Assembly (NCBI GenBank): GCA_965243135.1
Contig: OZ251539.1
Coordinates: 3,072,001-3,136,000 of the forward strand
Direction of reading: 5' to 3'
DNA length: 64,000 nt
From: Alphaproteobacteria bacterium
GTDB lineage: Bacteria; Pseudomonadota; Alphaproteobacteria; MPNO01; UBA830
The notes under the pieces were generated by a model. It saw nothing but the letters and a program-made list of their open reading frames with translations. It did no database searches and was not told the origin of the DNA. The stretch's first letter is position 1. Every line of letters starts with the position of its first letter. Below are positions 49,787 through 62,540 of the stretch, in pieces. The position numbers were made by a program, and so were the translations under genes.

Positions 49787-51233
49787 ACTCGTCGTGGAAG
49801 CGGGAATGCACGCCGCCTGCCCCGCGGGCGACCCGGAAATCACCGGACTGGCCTCCGACTCCCGGGCGGTGGCCCCCGGCTTTCTGTTCGCGGCCCTGCC
49901 GGGTTCGCGCGCGGACGGGCGGCGCTTCATTCCCGACGCGATCCGCCGGGGAGCGAGCGCGGTCCTCGCGCCGACCGGCACGTCCGTCGCCGGAAACCGC
50001 GTCGCGCTCGTCACCTCGGGCGACGCGCGCGCCGCCCTCGCCCGCCTCGCGGCGGCCTTTTCGGGGCGCCAGCCCGCGACCGTCGCCGCCGTCACCGGCA
50101 CCAACGGCAAGACTTCCGTCGCCCACTTCACGCGCCGGATTTGGTCGATGCTGGGCTTCGAGGCGGCCGCCATCGGCACTCTCGGCCTGACCGTCGACGG
50201 CGCCTGCGAAAACCCGCCGGGCCTGACCACGCCGGACCCGGTGTCGCTGCACGGCGCGTTGGCCGGGCTCGCCGGCAAGGGCATCGACCGCGCGGTGATC
50301 GAAGCCTCCAGCCACGGCCTCGACCAGCGGCGCCTCGACGGCGTCCGGTTGCGCGCCGCCGCGTTCACCAACCTCACGCGGGACCATCTCGACTACCACG
50401 GCACCTGGCCGGCCTACCGCGCCGCCAAGCTGCGCCTGTTCTCGGAACTCCTGCCGGAGGACGGCGTGGCGGTCGCGAACGCCGACGCCCCGGAATTCGG
50501 GGCGGTGGCCGCCGCCGCGAAAGGCCGCGTCGTCTCCTACGGATTCGACGGCCGCGACCTGCGCCTCGTCGAGGCGACCCCCGCCGCCGACGGGCAGCTT
50601 CTCTCGCTGCGCGCGTTCGGCCGCGACGCGAAGCTCGACCTTCCCCTGGCGGGCAGGTTCCAGGCCTTCAACGCGCTGTGCGCGATCGGACTCGCCGTCG
50701 CCTGCGGCGCGGAACCCGGGGACGCGCTCGGCTGCGCCGAACGCCTGTCCGGCGCGCCGGGACGCATGCAGCGGATCGGCCGCCTTCCCCGCGGCGGCGC
50801 GGCTTACGTCGACTACGCGCACACGCCCGACGCGCTGGAAAACGTCCTGCTGGCGCTGCGTCCGCATGCCGCCGGCCGGCTTATCGTCGTCTTCGGATGC
50901 GGCGGCGACCGCGACCGCGGCAAGCGGCCGGCGATGGGACGCGTCGCGTCCGCGCTGGCGGATCTCGCGATCGTCACCGACGACAACCCGCGCAGCGAAG
51001 CGCCCGCCGCCATTCGAGCCGAGATCCTGGCCGCGGCGCCCGCCGCGACGGAGATCGGAGACCGCGCCGAAGCCATCGCGAAAGGCGTCGATCTGGCGGG
51101 CGGCCGGGACGTCCTGGTCGTCGCCGGCAAAGGCCACGAATCCGGCCAGATCGTCGGCGACGAAATTCTTCCCTTCGACGACGCGGAAGTTGCCCGGAAC
51201 GCCGTCGTCCGGGCTGGAGGAACACCCGAATGA
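49773..51233 (+). CDS. murE: UDP-MurNAc-tripeptide synthetase
   Basis: GTNGKTS, LTTPD, EASSHGL, DHLDYH, DYAHTPDAL, DNPR, GKGHE. Confidence 0.96.
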   Translation: MRLSELVVEAGMHAACPAGDPEITGLASDSRAVAPGFLFAALPGSRADGRRFIPDAIRRGASAVLAPTGTSVAGNRVALVTSGDARAALARLAAAFSGRQPATVAAVTGTNGKTSVAHFTRRIWSMLGFEAAAIGTLGLTVDGACENPPGLTTPDPVSLHGALAGLAGKGIDRAVIEASSHGLDQRRLDGVRLRAAAFTNLTRDHLDYHGTWPAYRAAKLRLFSELLPEDGVAVANADAPEFGAVAAAAKGRVVSYGFDGRDLRLVEATPAADGQLLSLRAFGRDAKLDLPLAGRFQAFNALCAIGLAVACGAEPGDALGCAERLSGAPGRMQRIGRLPRGGAAYVDYAHTPDALENVLLALRPHAAGRLIVVFGCGGDRDRGKRPAMGRVASALADLAIVTDDNPRSEAPAAIRAEILAAAPAATEIGDRAEAIAKGVDLAGGRDVLVVAGKGHESGQIVGDEILPFDDAEVARNAVVRAGGTPE

Positions 51234-52618
51234 AACCTCTCTGGACATCGGAATGCGCGGCCGCCGCGACCGGAGGCCGCTCGACCCGCGCCTGGAGCGC
51301 GACCGGCATCTCCATCGATTCGCGGACCGTGCGGCCCGGCGACCTCTTCGTGGCGCTCGCCGGACCGAACTTCAACGGCCACGCCTTCGTCAGCGAGGCG
51401 TTCGCGGCCGGAGCCGTCGCCGCCATGGTCGCCGCGGCGCCGGCCGCATGCGGCCCGCTGCTGCTGGTCGACGACACGCTCGAAGCGCTGACCCGCCTCG
51501 CCGCCGCGGCGCGAGCCCGCGCCGGGGCCCGCGTCGCGGCCGTCACCGGCAGCGTCGGCAAGACCGGAGTGAAGCAGGCGATCGCCCACGCGCTCGGCGC
51601 CCAGGGCGCGACGGCCGCCAGCGAGGGCAGCCTCAATAATCATTGGGGCGTTCCCCTGTCGCTCGCCCGCATGCCGGCGGACACCGAGTTCGGCGTCTTC
51701 GAGATCGGCATGAATCACGCCGGCGAAATAACCCCACTCGCATCCCTGGCGCGCCCCGACGCCGCCGTCGTCACCGCGGTGGCGCCGGCCCACATGGCGT
51801 TCTTCGATTCGCTCGAAGACGTGGCGCGGGCCAAGGCGGAAATCTTCTCCGGCCTCGACGGCGGCGCGGCGATCGTCGACCGCGACGGCGAGTATTTCGA
51901 CCTCCTCGCGGAGACGGCGCGGGCGTCCGGCGCGGGCGAAGTGATCGCCTTCGGCAGGCATCCCTGCGCCGACCTGCGCCTGATCGAGAGTCTGGAGGAT
52001 CCCGACGGGGCCGACGTCCGGATTTGCTGGCGGGGCCGCGCCCTCGAGTACCGCGTCGGCCTTCCCGGAGCGCACTGGCCCCGCAACAGCCTCGTCGTGC
52101 TCGCCGCCGTTCAGGCCCTCGGCGCCGACGTCGAACGGGCGGCGGCGGCGCTGGCGAGCCTGCCGCCGATGCCCGGCCGCGGCGCGGTTCACGTGGTGAA
52201 TTGGGGCGACGGCGTCATCCGCCTGATCGACGACAGCTACAACGCGAATCCGGAATCGATGGCCGCCGCGCTGAAGACCCTCGGCCGGACGCCGGTGCCC
52301 GAGGGAGGGCGGCGCGTCGCCATTCTCGGCGACATGCTGGAACTGGGAGACATGTCCCGCGCGGCCCATGCCGGGCTGAAACAGAGAATCGAGAGAAACG
52401 GCATCGATCTCGTCTACCTCGCCGGCTCCGAGATGCGGGCGCTGGCCGACGCCCTGCCCTGCGAACGGATCGGCGGCGTCGCGGACGACGCCGGCGGGTT
52501 GATGCCGCTGGCGCTGGCCGGCCTGTCCGCGGGCGACGTCGTGACGGTCAAGTCGTCGAAGGCGGTCGGCCTCGGCCGCATCGTCGAAGCGTTGCTCGAG
52601 CGCCCGGGAAACGCCTGA
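51230..52618 (+). CDS. murF: UDP-MurNAc-pentapeptide synthetase
   Basis: [38 protein letters not shown]. Confidence 0.95.
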   Translation: MKPLWTSECAAAATGGRSTRAWSATGISIDSRTVRPGDLFVALAGPNFNGHAFVSEAFAAGAVAAMVAAAPAACGPLLLVDDTLEALTRLAAAARARAGARVAAVTGSVGKTGVKQAIAHALGAQGATAASEGSLNNHWGVPLSLARMPADTEFGVFEIGMNHAGEITPLASLARPDAAVVTAVAPAHMAFFDSLEDVARAKAEIFSGLDGGAAIVDRDGEYFDLLAETARASGAGEVIAFGRHPCADLRLIESLEDPDGADVRICWRGRALEYRVGLPGAHWPRNSLVVLAAVQALGADVERAAAALASLPPMPGRGAVHVVNWGDGVIRLIDDSYNANPESMAAALKTLGRTPVPEGGRRVAILGDMLELGDMSRAAHAGLKQRIERNGIDLVYLAGSEMRALADALPCERIGGVADDAGGLMPLALAGLSAGDVVTVKSSKAVGLGRIVEALLERPGNA

Positions 52619-52629
52619 GGGGCCGCGCA

Positions 52630-53712
52630 ATGCTGTACAACCTGCTTTTTCCGCTCGCCGACGAATTCGGGCCGTTCAACCTGTTCCGCTACATCACGCT
52701 GCGAACCGGCGGCGCCGTCGTGACGGCCCTGTTCGTGAGCTTCGTCCTGGGTCCGGCGGTGATTCGCCGCCTCCGGGACCGGCAGGCGGAGGGCCAGCCC
52801 ATTCGCGAGGACGGGCCCCAATCCCATCTCGCGACCAAAAAGGGCACGCCCACCATGGGCGGGGTGCTGATCTTGCTGGCGATCGGAAGCGCGACCCTGC
52901 TCTGGGCCGATCTGACCAACGGCTTCATCTGGACCGCGCTGATCGTCACGCTGGGTTTCGGGGCGGTCGGCTTCTTCGACGACTACGCGAAGGTCTCGGC
53001 GCGGTCGAGCCGCGGCCTTCCCGGCAGATACAAGATGCTGGCGCTGCTGGCCATCGCCGCCTGCGCCGCGATCTGGATCGCCCTGATCGCCGCCGAGCCG
53101 CCCGGAATCGCGGTGCCGTTCCTGAAGGACCTCCTGATTCCTCTCGGCTGGCTCTTCGTGCCGTGGGCCGCGCTGGTCATGGTCGGCGCGTCGAACGCCG
53201 TCAACCTGACCGACGGACTGGACGGACTCGCCATCATGCCGGTGCTGATCGCGGCCGCCTGCTTCGCCCTCATCGCCTACGTCGCGGGAAACTTCGTGTT
53301 CGCGAACTACCTGCAGATCCACTTCGTCCGCGGCGCCGGAGAAATGGCGGTGTTCTGCGGCGCGCTGGTCGGCGCCGGACTCGGCTTCCTGTGGTTCAAC
53401 GCGCCGCCCGCCCTCGTGTTCATGGGCGACACCGGATCGCTCGCCGTCGGCGGCGCCCTCGGCGCGGTCGCCATCGTCACCCGGCACGAAATCGTGCTCG
53501 CGATCATCGGCGGCCTGTTCGTGCTCGAAACCGTTTCCGTAATCGTGCAGGTCGCCTCCTTCAAGCTGACCGGAAAACGGCTGTTCCGCATGGCTCCGCT
53601 GCATCACCACTTCGAACAGAAAGGCTGGGCCGAGTCGACGATCGTGGTCCGCTTCTGGATCATCGCCACGATCCTCGCGCTGATCGGTCTCGCCACCCTC
53701 AAGCTGAGATGA
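52630..53712 (+). CDS. mraY: Phospho-MurNAc-pentapeptide transferase
   Basis: [37 protein letters not shown]. Confidence 0.98.
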   Translation: MLYNLLFPLADEFGPFNLFRYITLRTGGAVVTALFVSFVLGPAVIRRLRDRQAEGQPIREDGPQSHLATKKGTPTMGGVLILLAIGSATLLWADLTNGFIWTALIVTLGFGAVGFFDDYAKVSARSSRGLPGRYKMLALLAIAACAAIWIALIAAEPPGIAVPFLKDLLIPLGWLFVPWAALVMVGASNAVNLTDGLDGLAIMPVLIAAACFALIAYVAGNFVFANYLQIHFVRGAGEMAVFCGALVGAGLGFLWFNAPPALVFMGDTGSLAVGGALGAVAIVTRHEIVLAIIGGLFVLETVSVIVQVASFKLTGKRLFRMAPLHHHFEQKGWAESTIVVRFWIIATILALIGLATLKLR

Positions 53713-55073
53713 CGATCCTGCCCGCGTCCCGATCCGCGCAACGCCTCGCCGTGTTCGGCCTGGGAGCGTCCGGACGCGCCGCGGCGCATGCGCTCGCCGC
53801 CGCCGGCGCCGACGTCGCCGCCTGGGACGACGTCGCGGAAGCGCGGGCCGCGGCCGCGCGGGAGGGCGTACCGCTGTCCGACCTCGCACGCGCGGACTGG
53901 ACCCGCTTTCATGCGCTGGTGCTGAGCCCCGGCGTTCCGCTCAGCCACCCGGAGCCGCATCCCGTCGCCAGGCGCGCCGCGGCGGCCGGCGTTTCCGTCA
54001 TCGGCGACATCGAACTGCTGGCCGAGGCCTGCCCCGAAGCCTTCCTGATCGGCGTGACCGGAACCAACGGAAAGTCGACGACGGCGGCGCTGATCCGCCA
54101 CGCGCTGCAAGCGGCCGGCCGCCCCGTCCAGCTCGGCGGGAATTTCGGGCCGCCGGCCCTGGGACTCGCGCCGCCGCGCGCGGGCGAGTGCATCGTGCTC
54201 GAGCTCTCGTCGTACCAGCTCGACCTGACGGCGCGGGCGGCGTTCGACGCGGCCGTCCTGCTCAACGTGACGCCCGACCATCTGGACCGGCACGGAGGCA
54301 TGGCCGGCTACGTCGCCGCCAAGAAACGGATTTTCCGGACCGGGCGTCCCCGCCAGACGGCGATCGTCGGCGTCGACGACCCCCCCTGCCGCGCCGCCGC
54401 CGGAGAGTTGATCCGCGACGGACGCTGGCGCGTCCGCACGATTTCAGCGCTGCGGGAAGCCGACGTCCGCGTGACGGACGGACGGCTGGCCGACGCCGCC
54501 GACGGCGCGTCCGTCCGCGTTCCGGAAACGCTGCGGGGAAGCCACAACTGGCAGAACGCCGCGGCTGCCTGGGCCGTCGCGCGCGCCCGCGGCGTCCCGC
54601 CCGCCGCGATCGCCGCGGCCTTCGAAACCTGGCCCGGCCTGCCCCACCGCATGGAAACCGTCGCCGAGGCCGGCGGCGTCCGGTTCGTCAACGACTCCAA
54701 GGCGACAAACGGCGAAGCCGCGGCGCGGGCTTTGCAGAGCTTTCGCGACGTCTACTGGATCGCCGGCGGGATCGCGAAGGAAGACGGGCTGGCGCCGACG
54801 GAGCCCCATCTCGGCCGCGTGCGGCGCGCCTACCTGATCGGCGACGCGGCCGCCGCCTTCGCGCGGCACCTGAAGGGCCGCGCCCCGGCGGAGATCTCCG
54901 GCAACCTGGAGGACGCCGTTCGCAGCGCGGTCCGGCAGGCAACCGAAGACGGAGCCGCCGCGCCCGTCGTGCTGCTCTCGCCGGCCTGCGCGTCGTTCGA
55001 CCAGTACCGCGATTTCGCGGCGCGCGGCGATCATTTCCGGGCGCTCGCCCGGGAACTGGAGGGCGCGCCGTGA
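53709..55073 (+). CDS. murD: UDP-MurNAc-L-Ala:D-Glu ligase
   Basis: [43 protein letters not shown]. Confidence 0.96.
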   Translation: MTILPASRSAQRLAVFGLGASGRAAAHALAAAGADVAAWDDVAEARAAAAREGVPLSDLARADWTRFHALVLSPGVPLSHPEPHPVARRAAAAGVSVIGDIELLAEACPEAFLIGVTGTNGKSTTAALIRHALQAAGRPVQLGGNFGPPALGLAPPRAGECIVLELSSYQLDLTARAAFDAAVLLNVTPDHLDRHGGMAGYVAAKKRIFRTGRPRQTAIVGVDDPPCRAAAGELIRDGRWRVRTISALREADVRVTDGRLADAADGASVRVPETLRGSHNWQNAAAAWAVARARGVPPAAIAAAFETWPGLPHRMETVAEAGGVRFVNDSKATNGEAAARALQSFRDVYWIAGGIAKEDGLAPTEPHLGRVRRAYLIGDAAAAFARHLKGRAPAEISGNLEDAVRSAVRQATEDGAAAPVVLLSPACASFDQYRDFAARGDHFRALARELEGAP

Positions 55074-56188
55074 CGGTCTTCGCAAGGTCGGGGTTGCCGG
55101 GCCGGTGGTGGTGGACCATCGACCACTGGTTGCTGTTCGCCGCCGGCATGCTCATCGGATTCGGAGTTATCATGGCGTTCGCCGCCGGCGGACCGGTCGC
55201 GGAGACCATCGGACTCGGCCACTTTCATTTCGGGCAGCGCCAGCTGCTCCAGCACCTGCCGATCGCGATGGCGGCGATGCTCGGCGCGTCCCTGCTTTCT
55301 CCGGCGGGAGTCCTGCGCGTTTCCGTCCTGCTTCTCGCGATCTTCGCCGTCCTCCTCGTCGCGACGCTGTTCGGCGGCGCGATCAAGGGCGCGCAGCGCT
55401 GGGTCTCCCTCGGCCCGCTGTCCCTTCAGCCGTCCGAGTTCATCAAGCCGTCCTTCGCGGTGGTCGCCGCCTGGCTCTTCGCCGCCGCGCGGTCGGGCGC
55501 GCTGCCCCGCGGCAATCTGCTCTCGATCGCCGCATTCGGCGCGTTGACGGGCCTGATCCTGATGCAGCCGGACGTGGGGATGGCCGCGACGATCACGGCC
55601 GTCTGGATCTGCCAGTTCTTCCTCGCCGGGTTGTCCATCGGCTGGGCGGCGCTGCTCGGCGTCGCCGGGGCCGCGACCCTGATCGCGTCGTATTTCCTGC
55701 TGCCGCACGTCGCGAGCCGCGTAAACCGCTTCTTCGATCCGTCCTCGGGCGACAGCTTCCAGGTCGACCGGTCGCTGGAGGCGTTCAGGAACGGCGGGCT
55801 CTTCGGACGCGGCCCGGGAGAAGGCACGGTGAAGGAGCACCTGCCCGACGCCCATGCCGACTTCGTGCTCGCGGTGGCGGGAGAGGAGTTCGGCCTCGTC
55901 GTCTGCCTGATGGTCGTGTTCCTCTTCGCCTTCATCGTCCTGCGCGGCTTCGCCCGGCTGTTGCGGCAGACCGACCTGTTCGTCCTGATCGCGGTTTCCG
56001 GCCTGCTCGTGCAGTTCGGCCTGCAGGGGGTCATCAACATGGCGTCGACGCTGCACCTGATGCCGACCAAGGGCATGACCCTCCCCTTCGTGAGCTACGG
56101 CGGCTCGTCGCTCGTCGCCACCGCGATCTGCATGGGCTTCCTGCTGGCGCTGACGCGGCGGCGCTACCGGGCGGGAACGCTGTCGTGA
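55070..56188 (+). CDS. ftsW: SEDS glycosyltransferase FtsW
   Basis: [33 protein letters not shown]. Confidence 0.96.
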   Translation: MTVFARSGLPGRWWWTIDHWLLFAAGMLIGFGVIMAFAAGGPVAETIGLGHFHFGQRQLLQHLPIAMAAMLGASLLSPAGVLRVSVLLLAIFAVLLVATLFGGAIKGAQRWVSLGPLSLQPSEFIKPSFAVVAAWLFAAARSGALPRGNLLSIAAFGALTGLILMQPDVGMAATITAVWICQFFLAGLSIGWAALLGVAGAATLIASYFLLPHVASRVNRFFDPSSGDSFQVDRSLEAFRNGGLFGRGPGEGTVKEHLPDAHADFVLAVAGEEFGLVVCLMVVFLFAFIVLRGFARLLRQTDLFVLIAVSGLLVQFGLQGVINMASTLHLMPTKGMTLPFVSYGGSSLVATAICMGFLLALTRRRYRAGTLS

Positions 56189-57279
56189 CCGGGCGCGTCG
56201 TTCTCGCGGCCGGCGGCACCGGCGGACACGTCTTTCCGGCGCTGGCCGTGGCGGACGAATTGCTGCGCCGCGGCTACCGGGTCTCGCTCGCGACGGATTC
56301 GCGCGGCGCCGGATTCGGCGACCGCGCTTCCGGCATCGACGTCCACCGCGTCGCCGCGTCGAACGTCCGCGGCGGCGCGGTCTCCAGGATCGGAGGCGCG
56401 CTCGCCGTCGGCGCCGGCGCGGTCCAGGCCTGGCTGCTGCTGGCCCGCCTTCGCCCCGCCGGCGTCGTGGGTTTCGGCGGCTATCCGTCCGTTCCCACGA
56501 CGATGGCCGCCGCCGCCAGGCGGATCCCCATCGTCATCCACGAGCAGAACGCCGTGCTCGGGCGCGCCAACCGCCTCGTGGCGGGACGCGCCGCCGCGAT
56601 CGCGGCCTCGTTCGAGCGCACGCTCGGCATCCGGGACGCGGACAGGCCGCGAACCTTCGTGACCGGCAATCCGGTGCGCGCCGCCTTCGGCGAAGCCCGC
56701 GCGCGGGCGTATCCGCCCGCGGACGGGCGCATAGGGCTGCTGGTCCTCGGCGGCAGCCAGGGCGCGGCGATCTTCGCCGAGGTCGTGCCGCAAGCCTTCG
56801 CCGCCCTGTCGGCGGCGCTGCGCCGGCGCTTCGCCGTGACCCAGCAGTGCCGGCCCGAGGATCTCGGGCGGACCCGCCGCGCCTATCGGGAAATCGGAGT
56901 TCAAGCCGAACTCGCGACGTTCTTCGACGACGTTCCCGACCGAATGGCGGCCGCCCATGCGGTCGTCGCCCGCGCCGGCGCGTCGACCGTCGCCGAACTG
57001 GCCGAGGCGGGCCGTCCCGCGATTCTCGCGCCCTATCCGCACGCGTCCGACGACCACCAGACGGCGAACGCGCGGGCCGTCGCGGACGGCGCCGCCTGGC
57101 TGCTTCCCGCGGGCGAGTTCACGGCCGCCGCCGTGGCGGCCCTGCTCCGCGAATTCGCGAACGACCCGGGCGTCCTCGCCCGCGCCGCCGCGGCGATGCG
57201 CGAGCGCGGCGGGCGCAACGCGGCGGGCGCGCTGGTCGACCGGCTGGAGCAGCTGGTCGGCCGGGAGAAGGCGGCATGA
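56185..57279 (+). CDS. murG: Lipid II GlcNAc transferase
   Basis: [39 protein letters not shown]. Confidence 0.96.
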   Translation: MTGRVVLAAGGTGGHVFPALAVADELLRRGYRVSLATDSRGAGFGDRASGIDVHRVAASNVRGGAVSRIGGALAVGAGAVQAWLLLARLRPAGVVGFGGYPSVPTTMAAAARRIPIVIHEQNAVLGRANRLVAGRAAAIAASFERTLGIRDADRPRTFVTGNPVRAAFGEARARAYPPADGRIGLLVLGGSQGAAIFAEVVPQAFAALSAALRRRFAVTQQCRPEDLGRTRRAYREIGVQAELATFFDDVPDRMAAAHAVVARAGASTVAELAEAGRPAILAPYPHASDDHQTANARAVADGAAWLLPAGEFTAAAVAALLREFANDPGVLARAAAAMRERGGRNAAGALVDRLEQLVGREKAA

Positions 57280-58685
57280 GAAGCCTGCCCCTCGACATCG
57301 GCACCCTCCACTTCGTGGGCATCGGCGGCATCGGCATGTCCGGCATCGCCGAGATACTGCACAGCCTCGGATACGCGGTGCGCGGGAGCGATCTCGCCGC
57401 GGGCGCGAACGTCGGGCGCCTGCGGGGGCTGGGGATCGACGTCGCGATCGGGCACGACGCCGCCAACGTCGGGGATGCCGCGGTGGTGGTGGTTTCGTCG
57501 GCCGTCGGCTCGGACAACCCCGAAATCCACGAAGCGCGGCAGCGCCTGGTGCCCGTCGTTCCGCGCGCCGAGATGCTCGCCGAGATCATGCGCCTCAAAT
57601 GGGGCGTCGCGGTCGCGGGAACGCACGGCAAGACGACCACGACCTCGCTGGTCGCGGCGGTGATGGACGCCGCGGGATTCGACCCCACGGTCGTCAACGG
57701 CGGCATCATCAACGCCTACGGCACCAACGCGCGCTTGGGCGCGGGCGACTGGATTGTCGTCGAGGCCGACGAATCCGACGGCACCTTCGTGCGGCTGCCG
57801 GCCACCATCGCCGTCGTGACCAGCCTCGATTCCGAGCATATGGACCATTACGGCGACTTCGCGGCCCTCCGCGCCGCCTTCGCGTCCTTCGTGCAGAACA
57901 TTCCGTTCTACGGCTTCGCGACGATCTGCATCGACGACCCCGAGGTGCAGGCGCTGATCCCCGAGATCTCCGACCGGCCGGTGGTGACCTACGGGCTGAG
58001 CCCGCAGGCCGACGTGCGGGCGACCGCCATCGAGACCGGCGCCGCCGGATCGCGTTTCGCGGTGTCCGCGACCGACCGCGCGGCGGCCGCCGTCCGCGAC
58101 CTCGGCGAGTTCGAGTTGCCGATGGTCGGGCGGCACAACGTCCAGAACGCGCTCGCCGCGATCGCCGTCGCCATGGAGATGGGCGTCGCGGCCGACGTCG
58201 TCAGGCGGGCGCTCGCGGCGTTCGGCGGCGTGAAGCGCCGCTTCACGCGGACCGGCGTCGTCCGCGGCGTTACGATAATCGACGACTACGGACACCATCC
58301 GGCGGAAATCGCGGCGGTTCTGTCGGCCGCGCGAGCCAGCGCCGCGCGCAACGTGGTGGCCGTCGTTCAACCGCACCGCTATTCGCGGGTGCGCGACCTG
58401 TTCGACAGCTTCTGCACCTGCTTCAACGACGCCGACACGGTGATCGTCGCGGACGTCTATCCCGCGGGCGAAGCGCCGCTTCCCGGCATCGACCGGGACG
58501 CCCTGGTGCGCGGCCTTCGCATGCGCGGCCACCGCGGCGTCATCCCCCTCGAGAACGCCGACGCGCTCTCCGGAATCGTCGCGGAGACCGCCCGCGCGGG
58601 CGATTACGTCGTCTGCCTCGGGGCCGGCGACATCACCGCGTGGGCCAACGGCCTGCCGGCGGCCCTGCAGGCGGAAGCATGCTGA
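57276..58685 (+). CDS. murC: UDP-MurNAc:L-Ala ligase
   Basis: [36 protein letters not shown]. Confidence 0.97.
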   Translation: MRSLPLDIGTLHFVGIGGIGMSGIAEILHSLGYAVRGSDLAAGANVGRLRGLGIDVAIGHDAANVGDAAVVVVSSAVGSDNPEIHEARQRLVPVVPRAEMLAEIMRLKWGVAVAGTHGKTTTTSLVAAVMDAAGFDPTVVNGGIINAYGTNARLGAGDWIVVEADESDGTFVRLPATIAVVTSLDSEHMDHYGDFAALRAAFASFVQNIPFYGFATICIDDPEVQALIPEISDRPVVTYGLSPQADVRATAIETGAAGSRFAVSATDRAAAAVRDLGEFELPMVGRHNVQNALAAIAVAMEMGVAADVVRRALAAFGGVKRRFTRTGVVRGVTIIDDYGHHPAEIAAVLSAARASAARNVVAVVQPHRYSRVRDLFDSFCTCFNDADTVIVADVYPAGEAPLPGIDRDALVRGLRMRGHRGVIPLENADALSGIVAETARAGDYVVCLGAGDITAWANGLPAALQAEAC

Positions 58686-59596
58686 CCGCGCCGCCGCGCC
58701 TCCTCGACCGGCTGCCGCCGGTTCGCGGCCTGCTCCGGGAAAGGGCGCCGCTCGCCGGGCTGTCCTGGTTCCGGACCGGCGGACCGGCGGAGGTGCTGTT
58801 CCGGCCGGCCGACGCCGACGATCTGTCGGCTTTCCTGCGCCGGCTCGACCCCGAAATCGACGTGACGGTGATCGGCCTCGGATCCAACACGCTCGTGCGC
58901 GACGGCGGCGTCGACGGCGTCGTGGTGGCGCCCGGAAAGGCGTTTTCCGGAATCTCGTTCGACGGCGACCGGGTCGCGGCCGGGGCCGGCGCGCCGGGCG
59001 CGGCGGTCGCCCGCGCCTGCCGCGACCGCGCGATAGCGGAGCTGGAATTCCTCGCCGGCATCCCGGGCACGATCGGCGGCGCCCTGCGGATGAACGCCGG
59101 CGCCTACGGAAAGGAAATCTCCGACGTCGTCGTCGACGCCCGGGCGTTCGACCGGCAGGGCCGGCTTCGCGTCCTGCCGCGCGCCGAGCTCGGCCTCGCC
59201 TACCGAAACTGCGCGGTGGACGCGGACTGGATCTTCGTCTCCGCCCGCCTCCAGGGCAAGCCCGGCCGGAAGCGCGAGATCGCGCGGCGCATGGCCGAAA
59301 TCGCCGACCGGCGCAAATCCACTCAGCCGGTGCAGTCGCGAACCGGCGGATCGACCTTCCGCAATCCCGAATCCGGGAGCGCCTGGGAGTTCATCGAAGC
59401 GGCGGGATGCCGGGGGCTTTCGGTCGGCGGCGCGGCCGTATCCGAGCTCCACTGCAACTTCCTGGTCAACGACGGGACCGCGACCGCGGCCGACATAGAG
59501 ACCCTGGGCGAACGGATACGCGAGCGCGTGCTGGCCCGCTGCGGCGTGACGCTGGAATGGGAGATTCGACGCATCGGCCGGGAGAGGCCGCAATGA
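58679..59596 (+). CDS. murB: UDP-N-acetylenolpyruvoylglucosamine reductase
   Basis: [43 protein letters not shown]. Confidence 0.96.
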   Translation: MLTAPPRLLDRLPPVRGLLRERAPLAGLSWFRTGGPAEVLFRPADADDLSAFLRRLDPEIDVTVIGLGSNTLVRDGGVDGVVVAPGKAFSGISFDGDRVAAGAGAPGAAVARACRDRAIAELEFLAGIPGTIGGALRMNAGAYGKEISDVVVDARAFDRQGRLRVLPRAELGLAYRNCAVDADWIFVSARLQGKPGRKREIARRMAEIADRRKSTQPVQSRTGGSTFRNPESGSAWEFIEAAGCRGLSVGGAAVSELHCNFLVNDGTATAADIETLGERIRERVLARCGVTLEWEIRRIGRERPQ

Positions 59597-60489
59597 AGGA
59601 GTCGGTCGCGCTTCTGATGGGCGGATGGTCGAACGAACGCGAGGTGTCGCTCAGCAGCGGCGCCGAGATAGCCCGCGCTCTGGACGCGGCGGGCTACGAG
59701 GTGCGCCCGATCGACGTGCGCCGCGACGTCGACGATCTGCTCGGAAGGCTCGACCCGAAGCCCGACGTGGTCTTCAACGCGCTGCACGGCCGGTACGGGG
59801 AGGACGGCTGCATCCAGGGCGTCCTCGAATGCCTCGGCTTGCGCTACACGCATTCCGGCGTGCTCGCCTCCGCTCTCGCGATGCACAAGCCGATGGCCAA
59901 GTGCCTGTTCGAGACGGCGGGAATCCCCTGCCCGCCGCACCGGATCGTCGACCCCGGCGAACTCCGCCGCGGCGGCGCGATGCCGCCCCCCTACGTCGTC
60001 AAGCCGCTCAACGAAGGCTCGAGCATCGGCGTGCGCATCGTGACGGACGCGCCGCCGCAGGACTGGCGATTCGGCGATCGGATCATGGTCGAGGAATACG
60101 TTCCCGGACGCGAGCTCACGGTCGGGGTGATGGGCGACCGGGCGCTCGGCGTCACCGAAATCCGGCCGACGGACGGCTTCTACGACTACGGCGCCAAATA
60201 TACGGAGGGCAAGGCGGAGCACTTGCTGCCCGCGCCGGTCGACGAAGCGATTCGCGAAGCGGCCATGGATTACGCCGTCCGGGCGCACCGGGCGCTGGGT
60301 TGCCGCGGCGTGACCCGCGCGGACTTCCGCTACGACGACGCGAGCGAGTCGGAAGGGTTGTACCTCCTCGAAGTCAACACGCAGCCGGGCATGACGCCGC
60401 TCTCCCTGGTGCCCGAGGCCGCCGCCCATGCCGGAATTTCGTTCGAAGAACTTGTCTGCTGGATGGTGGAGAACGCCTCATGCGAATGA
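59593..60489 (+). CDS. ddl: D-alanine-D-alanine ligase
   Basis: [41 protein letters not shown]. Confidence 0.97.
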   Translation: MKESVALLMGGWSNEREVSLSSGAEIARALDAAGYEVRPIDVRRDVDDLLGRLDPKPDVVFNALHGRYGEDGCIQGVLECLGLRYTHSGVLASALAMHKPMAKCLFETAGIPCPPHRIVDPGELRRGGAMPPPYVVKPLNEGSSIGVRIVTDAPPQDWRFGDRIMVEEYVPGRELTVGVMGDRALGVTEIRPTDGFYDYGAKYTEGKAEHLLPAPVDEAIREAAMDYAVRAHRALGCRGVTRADFRYDDASESEGLYLLEVNTQPGMTPLSLVPEAAAHAGISFEELVCWMVENASCE

Positions 60490-61292
60490 AAGCGCGCCGA
60501 AACGCGCGACGCCGGCCTGCGCCGCGATGGGCGAGACGGACGGTCCGGGCCGGCGCCGCGGCGGCGCTGGCGGCCGTCGCGCTGGGCGGCGCGGCGTGGC
60601 TCTGGCAATCGGGGCGCGTCGAGATCGCGGCCGGACGCGCGTTCGACGGCCTGGCGACGCGAATGGCCGTCGCCGGCGTACGGGTCGAGAACGTCTTTCT
60701 GGAGGGCCGGCGTCACGAATCGTCCGATTCCGTGGCGGCGGCGCTCGCCATCCCGCGCGGAGCGCCGATGCTCGGCATCGATCTCGAGGCGGCGCGGCGG
60801 CGGCTGGAAAAGCTGCCGTGGATTCGATCCGCGGGCGTCGAGCGCCGGTTCCCCGACACCGTTCGCGTCACGATCGTCGAACGCCGGCCGCTGGCGCTCT
60901 GGCAGCGGCGCAACGAACTGGTCCTGATCGACGACCGCGGCGGCGTCATCCCGCACGGGAACCTGGAACGGTTCCCCGGCCTGCTCGTCGTCGTCGGCAA
61001 GGACGCTCCGGCCCATGTCGGGGCGTTGCTGCGGATCCTCTCGAACGAGCCGGCCCTGAAGAAGCGCGTGAACGCCGCCGTCCGGGTGGGGGCGCGGCGC
61101 TGGAACCTGCGCATGGACAACGGCGTCTACGTCTGGCTGCCCGAAAGGGGGGCGCTCGACGCCTGGAGCCGCCTGGCGCGGTTCGAACGCCTGCACGGCC
61201 TTCTCGAGCAGGATCTGCAGTCGATCGACCTGCGCATGCCGGACCAACTGATCGTCCGCACCCGCGGACCTGTCAAGGGAAAGAAGACCTGA
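60480..61292 (+). CDS. ftsQ: Cell division protein FtsQ
   Basis: TM, POTRA (LPWIRSA.VERRFP), IDLR C-terminal motif. Confidence 0.92.
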   Translation: MRMKARRNARRRPAPRWARRTVRAGAAAALAAVALGGAAWLWQSGRVEIAAGRAFDGLATRMAVAGVRVENVFLEGRRHESSDSVAAALAIPRGAPMLGIDLEAARRRLEKLPWIRSAGVERRFPDTVRVTIVERRPLALWQRRNELVLIDDRGGVIPHGNLERFPGLLVVVGKDAPAHVGALLRILSNEPALKKRVNAAVRVGARRWNLRMDNGVYVWLPERGALDAWSRLARFERLHGLLEQDLQSIDLRMPDQLIVRTRGPVKGKKT

Positions 61293-62503
61293 TGATCATC
61301 GCCGCACTTGACGTCGGCAGTTCCAAGATCTGCTGCTTTATCGCCCACGCGGGGGCGGACGGCGCCATTCGGGTCGTCGGCGCCGCCCAGCAGGCTTCCG
61401 AAGGCGTTCGCAGGGGCAACGTCGTCGACATGCAAGCCGCGCAGGGCGCCATCCTCTCCGCCGTCATCGGGGCGGAGGAACTGAGCGAAGAGCGGATAAA
61501 CAAGGCCCTGATCAACCTGTCGGGAGGCGGAATCCGTTCCCACATCCGGGAAATCGACCTGTCGATCGGCGGACACGAGGTTACGGCGAACGACCTTCGC
61601 CACGCGCGAGAGCGGAGTCTCGTGGACGGACTGCCGGAAGACCGCGAGCTTCTGCACTGCCTTCCGGTCGGATACGCGATCGACGGCAACCTCGTCGAAG
61701 CGCCGCTCGGCATGGTCGGCGAGAATCTCGAGGTGAGATTCCATCACGCCAGCGCCGCCGCCGGACCGCTGCGCAACCTGCGCAGCTGCATCGCCCGCTG
61801 CCATCTCGAGATCGATGGGATCGTCGTCACGCCTTACGCTTCGGGCCTGTCCTGCCTGGACGAGGACGACCGGAACCTCGGAGCCGTGGTGATCGACATG
61901 GGCGGCGGCACGACGACGGTCGCCGTGTTCCAGGAGAATCGCGCGGTGTTCGTCGATTCCGTGCCGGTCGGGGGAAGCCACGTCACGAACGACATCGCCC
62001 GGGGGCTTTCGACCCCGGTCGTCCATGCCGAGCGCATGAAGACGCTGTACGGCACCGCCGTCGCCTCGCCGTCGGACGATCGCGACGTCATCGACGTCCC
62101 GCTGGTCGGCGAGGAGAACCACGAACAGCCGAACCACGTCCCGCGGTCGCTGCTCGTCGGAATCGTGCGGCCGCGCCTCGAGGAAACGTTCGAACTGGTT
62201 CGCGACAGCCTCGAATCGAGCGGCGCGCTGCAGGTGGCGGGACGCCGCATCGTCATCACCGGCGGCGCCTCGCAGCTGGCCGGCGCCGCCCTGATCGCCG
62301 AGCGGGTGCTCGGAAGCCAGGTGCGGTTCGGACGGCCGCTCGCCGTCGCCGGCCTTGCCGAGGCGATGAACGGCCCGGCCTTCAGCGCTTGCGCGGGCCT
62401 GCTGCGATACGGCGTCGACAAGCGCGTCGGCGACGAAAGCCGGGACGAGAACCGGAAGGGGCGGCTCTCCCGCCTCGGCCAATGGTTGAGAAGCAGTTTC
62501 TGA
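61292..62503 (+). CDS. ftsA: Cell division protein FtsA
   Basis: [32 protein letters not shown], amphipathic C-terminal WLRSSF. Confidence 0.96.
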   Translation: MIIAALDVGSSKICCFIAHAGADGAIRVVGAAQQASEGVRRGNVVDMQAAQGAILSAVIGAEELSEERINKALINLSGGGIRSHIREIDLSIGGHEVTANDLRHARERSLVDGLPEDRELLHCLPVGYAIDGNLVEAPLGMVGENLEVRFHHASAAAGPLRNLRSCIARCHLEIDGIVVTPYASGLSCLDEDDRNLGAVVIDMGGGTTTVAVFQENRAVFVDSVPVGGSHVTNDIARGLSTPVVHAERMKTLYGTAVASPSDDRDVIDVPLVGEENHEQPNHVPRSLLVGIVRPRLEETFELVRDSLESSGALQVAGRRIVITGGASQLAGAALIAERVLGSQVRFGRPLAVAGLAEAMNGPAFSACAGLLRYGVDKRVGDESRDENRKGRLSRLGQWLRSSF

Positions 62504-62540
62504 CACCGGGCGTTGCCCGTTCCACTCGAAGGAGGAGAAG